The notes below the pieces were generated by a model. It searched no databases, was not told where the DNA came from, and saw only the letters and a list, made by a program, of their open reading frames with translations. 64,000 nucleotides of DNA from Burkholderiales bacterium. GTDB taxonomy: Bacteria > Pseudomonadota > Gammaproteobacteria > Burkholderiales > SG8-41. The stretch is taken from positions 12,621-76,620 of the forward strand of contig JAIENU010000083.1 in NCBI GenBank assembly GCA_019751125.1, in the 5' to 3' direction. Below are positions 36,273 through 45,461 of this stretch, piece by piece; within the stretch, counting starts at the first letter, position 1; every line of letters begins with the position of its first letter. The position numbers and the translations under genes were made by a program.

Positions 36273-37136
36273 TCAACGCTCCCCGCCGGCCAGTGCCTGC
36301 CTGACCGCACGCGCGGCATGCACCCGCAGCAGCTCGCGCTTGTATGCCGCAGAACCGCGGGCATCCCCGATGAGTTCGGCTTCCGCAGCCGCCGCTTCAC
36401 CAACCCGCGCCAGCACGGCATCCGTCACCGTCGCACCACGCAGCTGGGCCTCGGCCTGCGCCATGCGCAGCGGCTTTTCAGTCGCGGCACTGACCACCAC
36501 GCGCGCATCCTCAATCAGCGTGCCGTCGGTTTTCAGCGACACCGCGATGCCCAGCGTCGGCCAGTCATCGGCGGTGCGGGTGGTGCATTTGACATAGGTC
36601 GAACGGCGGCCATCCTGCGCCGGCACATGCACCGAGCTGATCAGTTCGTTTTTCACCAGCGCGGTTTCGTAATAACCGGTGAACAGGTCCTGCACCGCCA
36701 GCCGGCGCTCGCCAGCCACGGACACCGCGGTCAGTTGCGCATCCAGCGCGATCAGCACCGGCGGCAGGTCCATGTGCGGATCGGCATGCGCGAGGTGGCC
36801 GCCCAGCGTGGCGACATTGCGCACCCGCACATTCGACAGCGTGCGCAGCGTGCGCGTGATCACCGGCGCCGCCTTGCGCACCGCGGCGGACTGCTCGAGC
36901 GATGACAGGGTGGCGAGTGCGCCGATGCGCAACCCGCCGTCCTCCCGCGAAATCCCGGCGTGTTTTTTCTCGACCCTGCGCAGGCTGACCAGGCAGCTCG
37001 GCTGGAACACGCCGGTTTTCATCATCAGCATCAGCGCAGTGCAGCCGCCGAAGGCACGCACCGCAGGATCCTCGGTATCGAGCAGCTTCAGCGCGCCTTT
37101 CAACGAGCGCGGTTCAGCAAGTTCGAAAGGAATCAT
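36273..37136 (-). CDS. FAD-binding medium subunit of molybdenum hydroxylase (CoxM-like)
   Basis: 287 aa. Matching regions are 'FGGCTALMLMMK', 'LGGHLAHADP' and a C-terminal CO-dehydrogenase flavoprotein-type domain. It forms an ATGA overlap with the upstream coxG-like gene. Confidence 0.88.
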   Translation of the reverse strand: MIPFELAEPRSLKGALKLLDTEDPAVRAFGGCTALMLMMKTGVFQPSCLVSLRRVEKKHAGISREDGGLRIGALATLSSLEQSAAVRKAAPVITRTLRTLSNVRVRNVATLGGHLAHADPHMDLPPVLIALDAQLTAVSVAGERRLAVQDLFTGYYETALVKNELISSVHVPAQDGRRSTYVKCTTRTADDWPTLGIAVSLKTDGTLIEDARVVVSAATEKPLRMAQAEAQLRGATVTDAVLARVGEAAAAEAELIGDARGSAAYKRELLRVHAARAVRQALAGGER

Positions 37137-37606
37137 GCAGCCCCCTTTTCAGCGCCGGCCTCAGTGCCCGCAAAAGCCGCACAGAGGTTTTTGGCAAACT
37201 GTTTTTCCATGTCCTTGGCCTTGGCTTTCAGCACCGGCTGACCGATGCTGCCGAGCTTGCCGGTCAGAGCGGTATCAATTTCGTACTGGATGGTGGTGCC
37301 CTGCGCCGTCTCGACCAGCCGTGTCGCCGAAATCGCGGTAAGCCGGCCGGCCAGCCCGAGCGGCGCACCTTCGATTTTCGCGGCGATGACTTCGGGCGCG
37401 GTCACCTCGGTCAACTCCGCGGTGACCTTGAACTTGAAGGTCATGTAGGCGACCTTGGTTTCGAGCACCGCATCAAAGGTGCGTTCATCGCGCGGCACCA
37501 GATCCTTCACGCCGTCGATGCAGGACGCAAAAAAATGGATGTCCTGCAATTTCGCAAACACCGCTTCGCGCGCGGCATCCACCGCAATTTCACCGCTGAA
37601 TTTCAT
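37133..37606 (-). CDS. CoxG-like SRPBCC-fold protein
   Basis: 157 aa from ATG 37606. 'MKFSGEIAVDAAREAVFAKLQD..FASCIDGVKD' is typical of the carbon-monoxide-dehydrogenase subunit G family. Confidence 0.75.
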   Translation of the reverse strand: MKFSGEIAVDAAREAVFAKLQDIHFFASCIDGVKDLVPRDERTFDAVLETKVAYMTFKFKVTAELTEVTAPEVIAAKIEGAPLGLAGRLTAISATRLVETAQGTTIQYEIDTALTGKLGSIGQPVLKAKAKDMEKQFAKNLCAAFAGTEAGAEKGAA

Positions 37607-37753
37607 GGCATGCCGTATTTTGGAGAGCGCGCTACTGTAATTGCAGCCCCCATGAAAATCAATGTGCGGCACTGACCGGGAAAACAGGCAAAAAAATCCC
37701 CGGTACGCGGCCGGGGATGTTGTTGCAGTGCCGGAAAACCGGCGGGCAGTCGT

Positions 37754-38728
37754 TCAGTCGGCGTAGGTGCCAGCCGCCTTGATCACCGGCGCCCATTTTT
37801 CGATTTCGGCCTTCAGGTGCTTGGCCAGCGATTCCGGCGTCGCACGGTCCGGCGTCACCGCTTCAGCGCCGAGCTTGACCAGTGAATCCTTGAACTGCTG
37901 ATCCTTGATCGCGGCGTTCAGCGCGCCGTTGAGCTTGTCGAGCACCGGCTTCGGCGTGCCCTTGGCGGCATAAAGGCCGTGCCACACCGCAACCTCGAAG
38001 TCCTTCAGGCCCTGCTCCTGCAGCGTCGGCACATAGGGCAGCGAGGGGATGCGCTTCTTGGTGGTCGCGCCGAACACCTTGACCCGGCCCGACTGGATGG
38101 GGCCCGTGGTGTTGGTGGTCTGGTCGCACATCAGGTCGATCTGGTTGCCCATCAGCGCGGTCATCGCCGGGCCGGTGCCGTTGTAGGGCACGGTCTGTAT
38201 GTCAGCCTGGATGCGCGACAGGAACAGCAGGCCGCAGAGGTGTGATGCCGCACCGAGGCCGGCGTTGCCGAGGTTCAGCTTGTCCTTGTTCGCCTTGATG
38301 TAGTTGACGAAGTCCTTGTAGTTGTCCGGCGGCAGGCCGGTGCGCGCGATCAGCGTCATCGGCACGTCGGCAACCTGGCCGATGAATTCAAAATCGGTCA
38401 GCGGATTGAACGGCAGCTTGCGGTACAGCGTCGGCGCGGTGGACATGCCGATGTGATGGAGCAGGATCTGGTAGCCGTCGGGTTTCGACTTGGCAACCAC
38501 GCCCACGCCGAGCGTGCCGCCGGCGCCGGCGCGGTTCTCGACGATGACCTGCTGCTTCAGCGTCTTGGTCATGTGTGCAGCCAGGTTGCGCGCCAGGGTA
38601 TCGGTCGGGCCACCGGCCGCGAAGGGCACCACGATGGAAATCGGCCGGGACGGATAGTCCTGGGCCAGAGCAACACCCGAAATGAGGGCGGTGATTACCG
38701 CAGCAATGCTGGCGATTACCCTTAACAT
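37754..38728 (-). CDS. Bug-family (TctC-like) periplasmic solute receptor
   Basis: 324 aa with a signal peptide. Matching regions are 'RPISIVVPFAAGGPTD', 'VENRAGAGG' and 'LNLGNAGLGA'. Confidence 0.85.
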   Translation of the reverse strand: MLRVIASIAAVITALISGVALAQDYPSRPISIVVPFAAGGPTDTLARNLAAHMTKTLKQQVIVENRAGAGGTLGVGVVAKSKPDGYQILLHHIGMSTAPTLYRKLPFNPLTDFEFIGQVADVPMTLIARTGLPPDNYKDFVNYIKANKDKLNLGNAGLGAASHLCGLLFLSRIQADIQTVPYNGTGPAMTALMGNQIDLMCDQTTNTTGPIQSGRVKVFGATTKKRIPSLPYVPTLQEQGLKDFEVAVWHGLYAAKGTPKPVLDKLNGALNAAIKDQQFKDSLVKLGAEAVTPDRATPESLAKHLKAEIEKWAPVIKAAGTYAD

Positions 38729-38832
38729 GTTGATTCCTTTAAATAAAAGAACCGGCTAACAAGGCGGGCGGGATTCAGCGGCCATAAGCCGCATGACGTC
38801 CCGCCACGTTGAAAATGGAGTTTGGCGCGATT

Positions 38833-40119
38833 TTAACGCGGGTTGGAACCCGGGCGATGACCGCCCCGACCCTGTCCTGGACGGCCGCCCTGCGCGCCCT
38901 GTTTCGGCTTGCCGTTACCACGCCAGGCACCCGGCGCACCGCGGCGCGGCGCGTTGCGCGGCGCCTCGCTGCGCAGCGGGCTTTTGGCCTCGAAGCCGGG
39001 CACGCTCCAGCGTTCGATCGGCTGGCCAATGTAGCGCTCGATCTGTTTCAGCTGGCGCAGGTCGTCGGACGAAGCGAAAGAGATAGCGATGCCGGTGGCG
39101 CCGGCGCGGCCGGTGCGGCCGATGCGGTGCACATAATCCTCAGCGACCTTCGGCAGGTCGTAATTGATGACATGACCGATGCTGGCGACGTCGATGCCTC
39201 GAGCCGCGACATCGGTGGCCACCAGCACACGCACCGCACCGCTGCGCAGCCGCGTCAGTGTGCGGTTGCGCTGCGACTGGCTCATGTTGCCGTGGAGCGC
39301 GGCGGCTTCGTGGCCGCCATGGAACAGCTTGTCGGCCAGGCGGTCGGCGCCGTGTTTGGTCGCGGTGAAGACGATGGTCTGGTCCGAGCACTCCTCGCGC
39401 AGCAGGTGTTCAAGCAGGCGATGCTTGTGGCTGCCGTCATCCACGACGTGCAGTTTCTGCTCGATGTTTTCATGCCTCGCCTGGGGTGCGGCAACCTCGA
39501 TGCGCTTGGGATCACGCAGCAGCTCGCGTGCGAGCTTCGCGATATTCCCGTCCAGCGTGGCCGAAAACAGCAGCGTCTGGCGGGTGGCCGGGGTCTTCGC
39601 GGCAATACGCCGCACCGGCTCGATGAAGCCCATGTCGAGCATGCGGTCGGCTTCGTCGAGGATGAGGATTTCCAGGCGCGAAAAATCGACCTTGCCCTGC
39701 TCGATGAAATCGATCAGGCGGCCGGGCGTCGCCACCAGCACATCCAGCGGCTGTTCAAGCAGGCGGCGCTGTTTCGGGTAGGGCATGCCGCCGAGCACGG
39801 TGCCGGTGCGCATGCGGCGCGTGAACTTGCAATATTTGTCGACCGCGGCAGTGACCTGCACCGCCAGTTCGCGGGTCGGCGTCAGCACCAGCACGCGCGG
39901 GCCGCGGCCGTGGCGCGCCGGTGCCAGCGCCAGGCGCTGCAGTGCCGGCAGCACGAAGGCTGCGGTCTTGCCGGTGCCGGTGGGCGCCGACACCATCAGG
40001 TCGAAACCGGTCAGCGCGACCGGGATGGATTGCGCCTGCACCGGCGTGGGTTGGTCGTAACCGGCTTCGGCCAGCGCCTTGCACAGTTCGGGATTCAGAT
40101 TGAGTGCAGCAAAAGACAT
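38833..40119 (-). CDS. rhlE: DEAD-box ATP-dependent RNA helicase
   Basis: The Q-motif region is 'GYDQPTPVQAQSIP'. Helicase motifs are 'APTGTGKTAAF', 'LDEADRMLDMGF', 'SATL' and 'HRIGRTGRAG'. The C-terminal tail is Arg/Gly-rich. The start was set to ATG 40119. Confidence 0.92.
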   Translation of the reverse strand: MSFAALNLNPELCKALAEAGYDQPTPVQAQSIPVALTGFDLMVSAPTGTGKTAAFVLPALQRLALAPARHGRGPRVLVLTPTRELAVQVTAAVDKYCKFTRRMRTGTVLGGMPYPKQRRLLEQPLDVLVATPGRLIDFIEQGKVDFSRLEILILDEADRMLDMGFIEPVRRIAAKTPATRQTLLFSATLDGNIAKLARELLRDPKRIEVAAPQARHENIEQKLHVVDDGSHKHRLLEHLLREECSDQTIVFTATKHGADRLADKLFHGGHEAAALHGNMSQSQRNRTLTRLRSGAVRVLVATDVAARGIDVASIGHVINYDLPKVAEDYVHRIGRTGRAGATGIAISFASSDDLRQLKQIERYIGQPIERWSVPGFEAKSPLRSEAPRNAPRRGAPGAWRGNGKPKQGAQGGRPGQGRGGHRPGSNPR

Positions 40120-40512
40120 GTCATTACTTTCAAAAAAAACAGCGTCTGAAATCGGCGTACGGCTGGAACACGGTCGGCACAAAGCCAACGCGTCATCCGC
40201 CGCGGGGCGGTTTCAGCAAAAAGCGCGGGAATGCCATTGCTCGAAAGCAGATGGCGGCCACCAGCGCACGGGTATCGACGCTAACCGTGGCGATAGCAGC
40301 TGTTCAGAGAAGGGAGCTGAAACGAAGGGGTCAGAAATCGATGCATCTTGCGGCGCACCAAACTGCCGGAACGACCTGCAAGGTGCGCGCACTATACCCG
40401 CAAGTATCGGAAATTGCGAGGTTTTTCCCGGTTTTCCCGATGTGGGCCCAGCAATAGCGTCGGCGGATTGCCGGAAAATCCAGAATATTCAAGGTAATAG
40501 CCTTGCACCCCG

Positions 40513-40521
40513 TGCTACAAT
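40513..40521 (+). promoter_or_regulatory. Candidate extended -10 element (TGCTACAAT) for typA/bipA
   Basis: A TGnTAcAAT lies 30 nt upstream of GTG 40551. If this promoter is used, the TTG 40503 start in the ORF track is excluded. Confidence 0.35.
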
Positions 40522-40550
40522 CCGCCCCTTTTTTGCAAGGCGTCCCGGCC

Positions 40551-42386
40551 GTGTCCACTGCAGCGCAACGTCCCCTCCGCAACATCGCAATCATCGCCCA
40601 CGTCGACCACGGCAAAACCACGCTGGTTGACCAGCTGCTGCGCCAGTCCGGCACCTTTGCCGCACACGAGCAGGTCGCCGAGCGGGTGATGGATTCCAAC
40701 GATATCGAACGCGAGCGCGGCATCACCATCCTCGCCAAGAACTGCGCGGTGCAGTGGCAAGGCACCCACATCAACATCGTTGACACCCCCGGCCATGCCG
40801 ACTTCGGCGGTGAGGTCGAACGCGTGCTGTCGATGGTTGACGGCGTGCTACTGCTGGTCGATGCCGTCGAAGGCCCGATGCCGCAGACGCGTTTTGTCAC
40901 GCGCAAGGCGCTGGCCCAGGGTCTGAAGCCGATCGTGGTGGTCAACAAGATCGACCGCCCCGGCGCGCGCCCGGACTGGGTGGTCAACCAGACCTTCGAC
41001 CTGTTCGACAAACTCGGCGCCACCGAAGAGCAGCTTGATTTTCCGGTGGTCTACGCCTCTGCACTGAACGGCTTTGCAAGCCTCGACGCGACGGTGCGCG
41101 AGGGCAACATGCAGCCGCTGTTTGAAGCCATCGTCCAGCACGTGCCCAAGCGCGAGGACGATCCGGATGCGCCGCTGCAGCTGCAGATCTGCTCGCTCGA
41201 CTATTCAAGCTATGTCGGCCGCATCGGCATCGGCCGCATCAACCGCGGCCGCATCCGCCCCGGCCAGCAGGTCGCAGTGATGAAAGGCCCGGATGCAACG
41301 CCGGTCATCGCAAAAATCAACCAGGTGCTCGGCTTCAGGGGCCTTGAGCGCACCCAGGTGCAGGAAGCCCAGGCCGGCGATATCGTGCTGATCAACGGCA
41401 TTGAAGAAGTCGGCATCGGCGTCACCATCACCGATACCGAGCACCCTGAGGCGCTGCCGATGCTGGAAGTCGATGAGCCGACGCTGACCATGAACTTCCA
41501 GGTCAACACCTCGCCGCTCGCCGGCCGCGAAGGCAAGTTCGTCACCAGCCGCCAGATCCGCGAGCGCCTGCAGCGCGAACTGATGAGCAACGTCGCACTG
41601 CGCGTGAAGGACACCGCCGATGCCGACGTGTTCGAAGTTTCCGGCCGCGGCGAACTTCACCTGACCATCCTGCTCGAGAACATGCGCCGCGAAGGCTACG
41701 AACTCGCAGTGTCCCGCCCGCGCGTGGTGCTGCGCGAGGTCAACGGCGAAAAGCAGGAGCCCTATGAAATGCTCACCGTCGATGTCGACGAGAGCAACCA
41801 GGGGGCGGTAATGGAAGCCTTGGGCACCCGCCGCGGCGACCTGCAGGACATGCAGCCCGACGGCAAGGGCCGCGTGCGCCTCGACTACCGCATTCCGGCG
41901 CGCGGCCTGATCGGCTTCCAGTCCGAATTCCTGACCATGACCCGCGGCACCGGCATCATGAGCCACGTCTTTGATGACTACGGCCCGATGAAGCCGGACA
42001 TGGAAGAACGCCGTAACGGCGTGCTGATCTCCGCGGAAGACGGTGCCGCGGTCGCCTACGCGCTGTGGAAGCTGCAGGAGCGCGGCCGCATGTTCGTCAG
42101 CCCCGGTGACCCGCTTTACGAAGGCATCATCATCGGCATCCACAGCCGCGACAACGACCTGGTCGTCAACCCGATCAAGGGCAAGCAGCTCACCAACGTG
42201 CGCGCCTCCGGCACCGACGAGGCCGTGCGCCTGGTGCCGCCGATCCAGGTCACCCTGGAATCGGCGATCGAATTCATCGCCGACGACGAACTGGTCGAGA
42301 TCACCCCGAAATCGATCCGTATCCGCAAGCGCCACCTGAAGGAACACGAGCGCAAGAAGGCGAGCCGCGTCGACCAGGCCGCCTGA
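40551..42386 (+). CDS. typA: Translational GTPase TypA/BipA
   Basis: GTPase motifs are '[18 protein letters not shown]', '[14 protein letters not shown]' and '[10 protein letters not shown]', within an EF-G-like domain series. The start is probably GTG 40551, giving '[15 protein letters not shown]', which matches the usual short N-terminus. The track start at TTG 40503 is possible but less likely. Confidence 0.93.
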   Translation: MSTAAQRPLRNIAIIAHVDHGKTTLVDQLLRQSGTFAAHEQVAERVMDSNDIERERGITILAKNCAVQWQGTHINIVDTPGHADFGGEVERVLSMVDGVLLLVDAVEGPMPQTRFVTRKALAQGLKPIVVVNKIDRPGARPDWVVNQTFDLFDKLGATEEQLDFPVVYASALNGFASLDATVREGNMQPLFEAIVQHVPKREDDPDAPLQLQICSLDYSSYVGRIGIGRINRGRIRPGQQVAVMKGPDATPVIAKINQVLGFRGLERTQVQEAQAGDIVLINGIEEVGIGVTITDTEHPEALPMLEVDEPTLTMNFQVNTSPLAGREGKFVTSRQIRERLQRELMSNVALRVKDTADADVFEVSGRGELHLTILLENMRREGYELAVSRPRVVLREVNGEKQEPYEMLTVDVDESNQGAVMEALGTRRGDLQDMQPDGKGRVRLDYRIPARGLIGFQSEFLTMTRGTGIMSHVFDDYGPMKPDMEERRNGVLISAEDGAAVAYALWKLQERGRMFVSPGDPLYEGIIIGIHSRDNDLVVNPIKGKQLTNVRASGTDEAVRLVPPIQVTLESAIEFIADDELVEITPKSIRIRKRHLKEHERKKASRVDQAA

Positions 42387-42390
42387 TCCC

Positions 42391-43263
42391 GTGCACGGCA
42401 GCCCGCCCGCGGCCGCGGTGCCGGTGCTGTTCGTGCTGCTGTGGAGCACCGGTTTCATCGGTGCCCGCCTCGGCCTGCCGCATGCCGAGCCCCTGACTTT
42501 CCTGACCCTGCGTTACGCCACGGTGATCGCGGTGATGCTGCCGCTGGCGCTTGCCCTCGGCGCGCGCTGGCCCGCAAACTTGCGTGAAGCCGGTCATATC
42601 GCGATAGCCGGCACGCTGATCCAGGGCGGTTATCTCGGTGGCGTGTTCTGCGCGATCCATCTTGGCATGTCAGCCGGCGTCGCCGCGCTGATTGTCGGCA
42701 TGCAGCCGCTGCTGACGGCCGCCGCAGCCGGACCGCTGCTCGGCGAACGTGTGCGCCGCTTGCAATGGCTGGGCCTCGCGCTCGGTTTTTCCGGAGTCGC
42801 GCTGGTGGTGTGGCAGAAGATGTCGCTGCAGGGCATGAGTACCACGAGCCTGGCGCTGGCGGTGTTTGCGTTGACCAGCATCACCCTCGGCATGCTCTAC
42901 CAGAAACGTTGCTGCCCCTCCTTTGATGTCCGTACCGGTTCGGTGATCCAGTTCGGCGCGGCACTGCTATTGACGCTGCCGCTGGCCGCCGCAACCGAAA
43001 CCATGGCTGTGTCATGGACAGCGGAATTCCTGTTTGCACTGGGCTGGCTGGTGCTGGTACTGTCGGCAGGTGCCACCAGCCTGCTGTTCCGCCTGATCGA
43101 ACGCGGCGAAGCCACCCGGGTGACCAGCTTGTTCTACCTGACACCGGCAGTCACCGCGGTGATGGCCTGGCTGATGTTCGGCGATGTATTGAGCGGCATG
43201 GCGATCGCCGGCATGGTGGTGGCACTGGCCGGCGTCGCGCTGGTCAACCGCGGCAATCCGTAA
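42391..43263 (+). CDS. DMT-superfamily (EamA-type) transporter
   Basis: 290 aa with a GTG start. It has 10 hydrophobic segments arranged as two EamA-like halves. Confidence 0.8.
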   Translation: MHGSPPAAAVPVLFVLLWSTGFIGARLGLPHAEPLTFLTLRYATVIAVMLPLALALGARWPANLREAGHIAIAGTLIQGGYLGGVFCAIHLGMSAGVAALIVGMQPLLTAAAAGPLLGERVRRLQWLGLALGFSGVALVVWQKMSLQGMSTTSLALAVFALTSITLGMLYQKRCCPSFDVRTGSVIQFGAALLLTLPLAAATETMAVSWTAEFLFALGWLVLVLSAGATSLLFRLIERGEATRVTSLFYLTPAVTAVMAWLMFGDVLSGMAIAGMVVALAGVALVNRGNP

Positions 43264-43274
43264 TCCGGGACACC

Positions 43275-43670
43275 ATGAACGAGAACAACGACGCCACACC
43301 TTATGCCGCACTGGGTGGCGACACCGCGGTGCGCCGCCTGGTTGACCGCTTTTATGACCTGATGGACACGGTGCCGGAGTATTACGGCATCCGCAAACTG
43401 CATCCGGCCGACCTCTCCGGCTCGCGCGACAAACTCTATATGTTCCTTTCCGGCTGGCTTGGCGGCCCGTCGCTGTATATCGAAAAATACGGCCACCCGA
43501 TGCTGCGTGCCCGCCACCTGCCCTTCGCCATCGGTGTTGCAGAACGGGATGCCTGGCTCGCCTGCATGCTGCAGGCGATGGAGGACGAGGGCGTCGAAGA
43601 GGCGCTGCGTGCAGCCCTGCTCAAGGCCTTCTACGGCACCGCCGACTGGATGCGCAACAAACCGGATTGA
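43275..43670 (+). CDS. glbO: Group II truncated haemoglobin
   Basis: 131 aa. Matching regions are 'FYDLM', 'LYMFLSGWLGGPSLYIEKYGHPMLRARHLPFAIG' and 'ERDAWLACM', typical of trHbO. The track ORF from 43014 is over-extended. Confidence 0.85.
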   Translation: MNENNDATPYAALGGDTAVRRLVDRFYDLMDTVPEYYGIRKLHPADLSGSRDKLYMFLSGWLGGPSLYIEKYGHPMLRARHLPFAIGVAERDAWLACMLQAMEDEGVEEALRAALLKAFYGTADWMRNKPD

Positions 43671-43675
43671 ACGAC

Positions 43676-45460
43676 ATGAGGGTCGCCTGCAGCGCGTCGC
43701 TGCGCGCTATGTTTTCAGTCGCACTGCTGGCCCTTGCGGCGGCACTGTCGTCATGGACGGCGACAGCCGCAGCCGCGGAACCCGGCAGGCTGTGGCGGGT
43801 GACACTCGAAGCCCCCGAAGAACTGCGTCCGCTGCTGGAGGAAAACCTCGACCTGTTCCGCCTCGGCGGCCGTACCGGCCTCGATGACGAATTCGTCGAA
43901 CACCTCGCTGCACGCAGCGCCGGCGAAGTGCGCGACCTCCTTGCCACTGCCGGACATTTCCGCCCCGAAATATTCATCGACGCCCGCCGCGAGAACGGCG
44001 TGCTGGTCGTGCACCTTCGTGTCGAACCCGGCCCTCAGGCCGTAATCACCACCACCGACATCCGCGTCGGTGGCGCCATTGAAACCGCGGGCGGTGATGC
44101 CCTGCGCGCCAAACGGCTGGTTGAACGCTGGCGGCTGCGCCCCGGCACCGCGTTCCGCCAGTCCGCCTGGGACACCGCCAAGGACGCGCTGCTGCGCTCC
44201 CTGCTGCTCGACGGTTATCCGGCGGCACGCATCACCGACAGCCGCGCCGAGGTGGATGCCGACACCGCCCAGGTCAGCCTGAGGGCCCATGTCGACAGCG
44301 GACCGCTGTTCCTCTACGGCGAGACACAAATCGAGGGACTGCAGCGTTATCCGCGCAGCCTGCTCGACAACCTGCGCCGCTACCACCCCGGCCAGCGCTA
44401 CAACCACGAAGACCTGCTGCGCTACCAGTCGGCGCTGCAGGGCAGCGGCTTCTTCCGCAGCGTTTCGGTGGCCGTCGATCCCGATCCGGCACAGGCCGCG
44501 GCGGCCACGGTGCGTGTCATCGTCATCGAAAATCCGGCGATGAAAATCGACCTCGGCGGCGGCATCAGTACCGATTCCGGGCCACGAGGCGAACTCACCT
44601 TCACCCGCTACAACAGCTTCCAGCCGGGCTGGCAGAGCACCACGCGGCTGCGCGCCGACCGCAAGGAACAGACCTTCAGCAGCGAACTGGCGCTGCTGCC
44701 CGAACCCGGCGACTGGCGCAACCGCCTCGGCGTCGAAGCCTCGCGCAGCGACATCGAGGATCTGGTGACACGGCGCTTCGGCCTGATCGCGCAGCGCTCA
44801 TGGCGCAGTCCCGAGCGTGAACACGACTGGTCAGTCAAATTCCAGACCGAGGAGCAGTCGCTGAACGCAGGCCCGGTCGACAACCTCAATGCACTGACAC
44901 TCAACTATTCGTGGACGCGGCGGCGCGTCAACGACCTGCTGCGGCCGCGCCAGGGCCACATGATCAACCTGCAGCTCGGCGGCGCCACCGCCGCGCTGCT
45001 GTCCACGCGCTCGTTCACCCGGGCCTACGGCCGCGGCCTATACATCGTGCCGCTGACACGGCGCGACCGCATTCATCTGCGCGGCGAGGCCGGCGCGGTA
45101 TGGTCGGACGCGCGCGAAGGCATCCCCACCGAATTCCTGTTCCGCGCCGGCGGTGACCAGTCGGTGCGCGGCTACGACTACCAGTCGCTGGGTGTGCGCC
45201 AGGGCAGCGCCGTGGTCGGCGGCCGATTTCTCGGCGTTGCCACCATCGAATACCAGCGTGACCTGACCCGTGACTGGGGCGCCGCTGTTTTCGCCGACGC
45301 CGGCAATGCCGCCGACACACCGTCCAGCCTGAAACCGGTGCAGGGTTATGGCGTGGGTGTGCGCTGGATGACACCGGCCGGCGCACTGAACCTTGATCTG
45401 GCTCGCGGCCGGGAGACCGGACAGCTGCGGCTGCATTTCACGCTCGGGACGAGGTTCTGA
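43676..45460 (+). CDS. tamA: Translocation and assembly module outer-membrane subunit (Omp85-family, POTRA + beta-barrel)
   Basis: A signal peptide and POTRA-like repeats precede a C-terminal barrel with 'GGDQSVRGY' and a terminal 'HFTLGTRF'. It is paired with the downstream tamB. The alternative TTG start at 43667 overlaps the glbO stop. Confidence 0.85.
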   Translation: MRVACSASLRAMFSVALLALAAALSSWTATAAAAEPGRLWRVTLEAPEELRPLLEENLDLFRLGGRTGLDDEFVEHLAARSAGEVRDLLATAGHFRPEIFIDARRENGVLVVHLRVEPGPQAVITTTDIRVGGAIETAGGDALRAKRLVERWRLRPGTAFRQSAWDTAKDALLRSLLLDGYPAARITDSRAEVDADTAQVSLRAHVDSGPLFLYGETQIEGLQRYPRSLLDNLRRYHPGQRYNHEDLLRYQSALQGSGFFRSVSVAVDPDPAQAAAATVRVIVIENPAMKIDLGGGISTDSGPRGELTFTRYNSFQPGWQSTTRLRADRKEQTFSSELALLPEPGDWRNRLGVEASRSDIEDLVTRRFGLIAQRSWRSPEREHDWSVKFQTEEQSLNAGPVDNLNALTLNYSWTRRRVNDLLRPRQGHMINLQLGGATAALLSTRSFTRAYGRGLYIVPLTRRDRIHLRGEAGAVWSDAREGIPTEFLFRAGGDQSVRGYDYQSLGVRQGSAVVGGRFLGVATIEYQRDLTRDWGAAVFADAGNAADTPSSLKPVQGYGVGVRWMTPAGALNLDLARGRETGQLRLHFTLGTRF

Positions 45461-45461
45461 C

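Noticed and set aside
33988-36276. Possible aerobic carbon-monoxide dehydrogenase (coxSML + coxG).
   Set aside because: I could not find the CODH active-site loop (AYxCSFR for form I, AYRGAGR for form II) in the large subunit. The cluster also carries a UbiD decarboxylase and solute receptors instead of coxDEF-type maturation genes. I called it a generic molybdenum hydroxylase.
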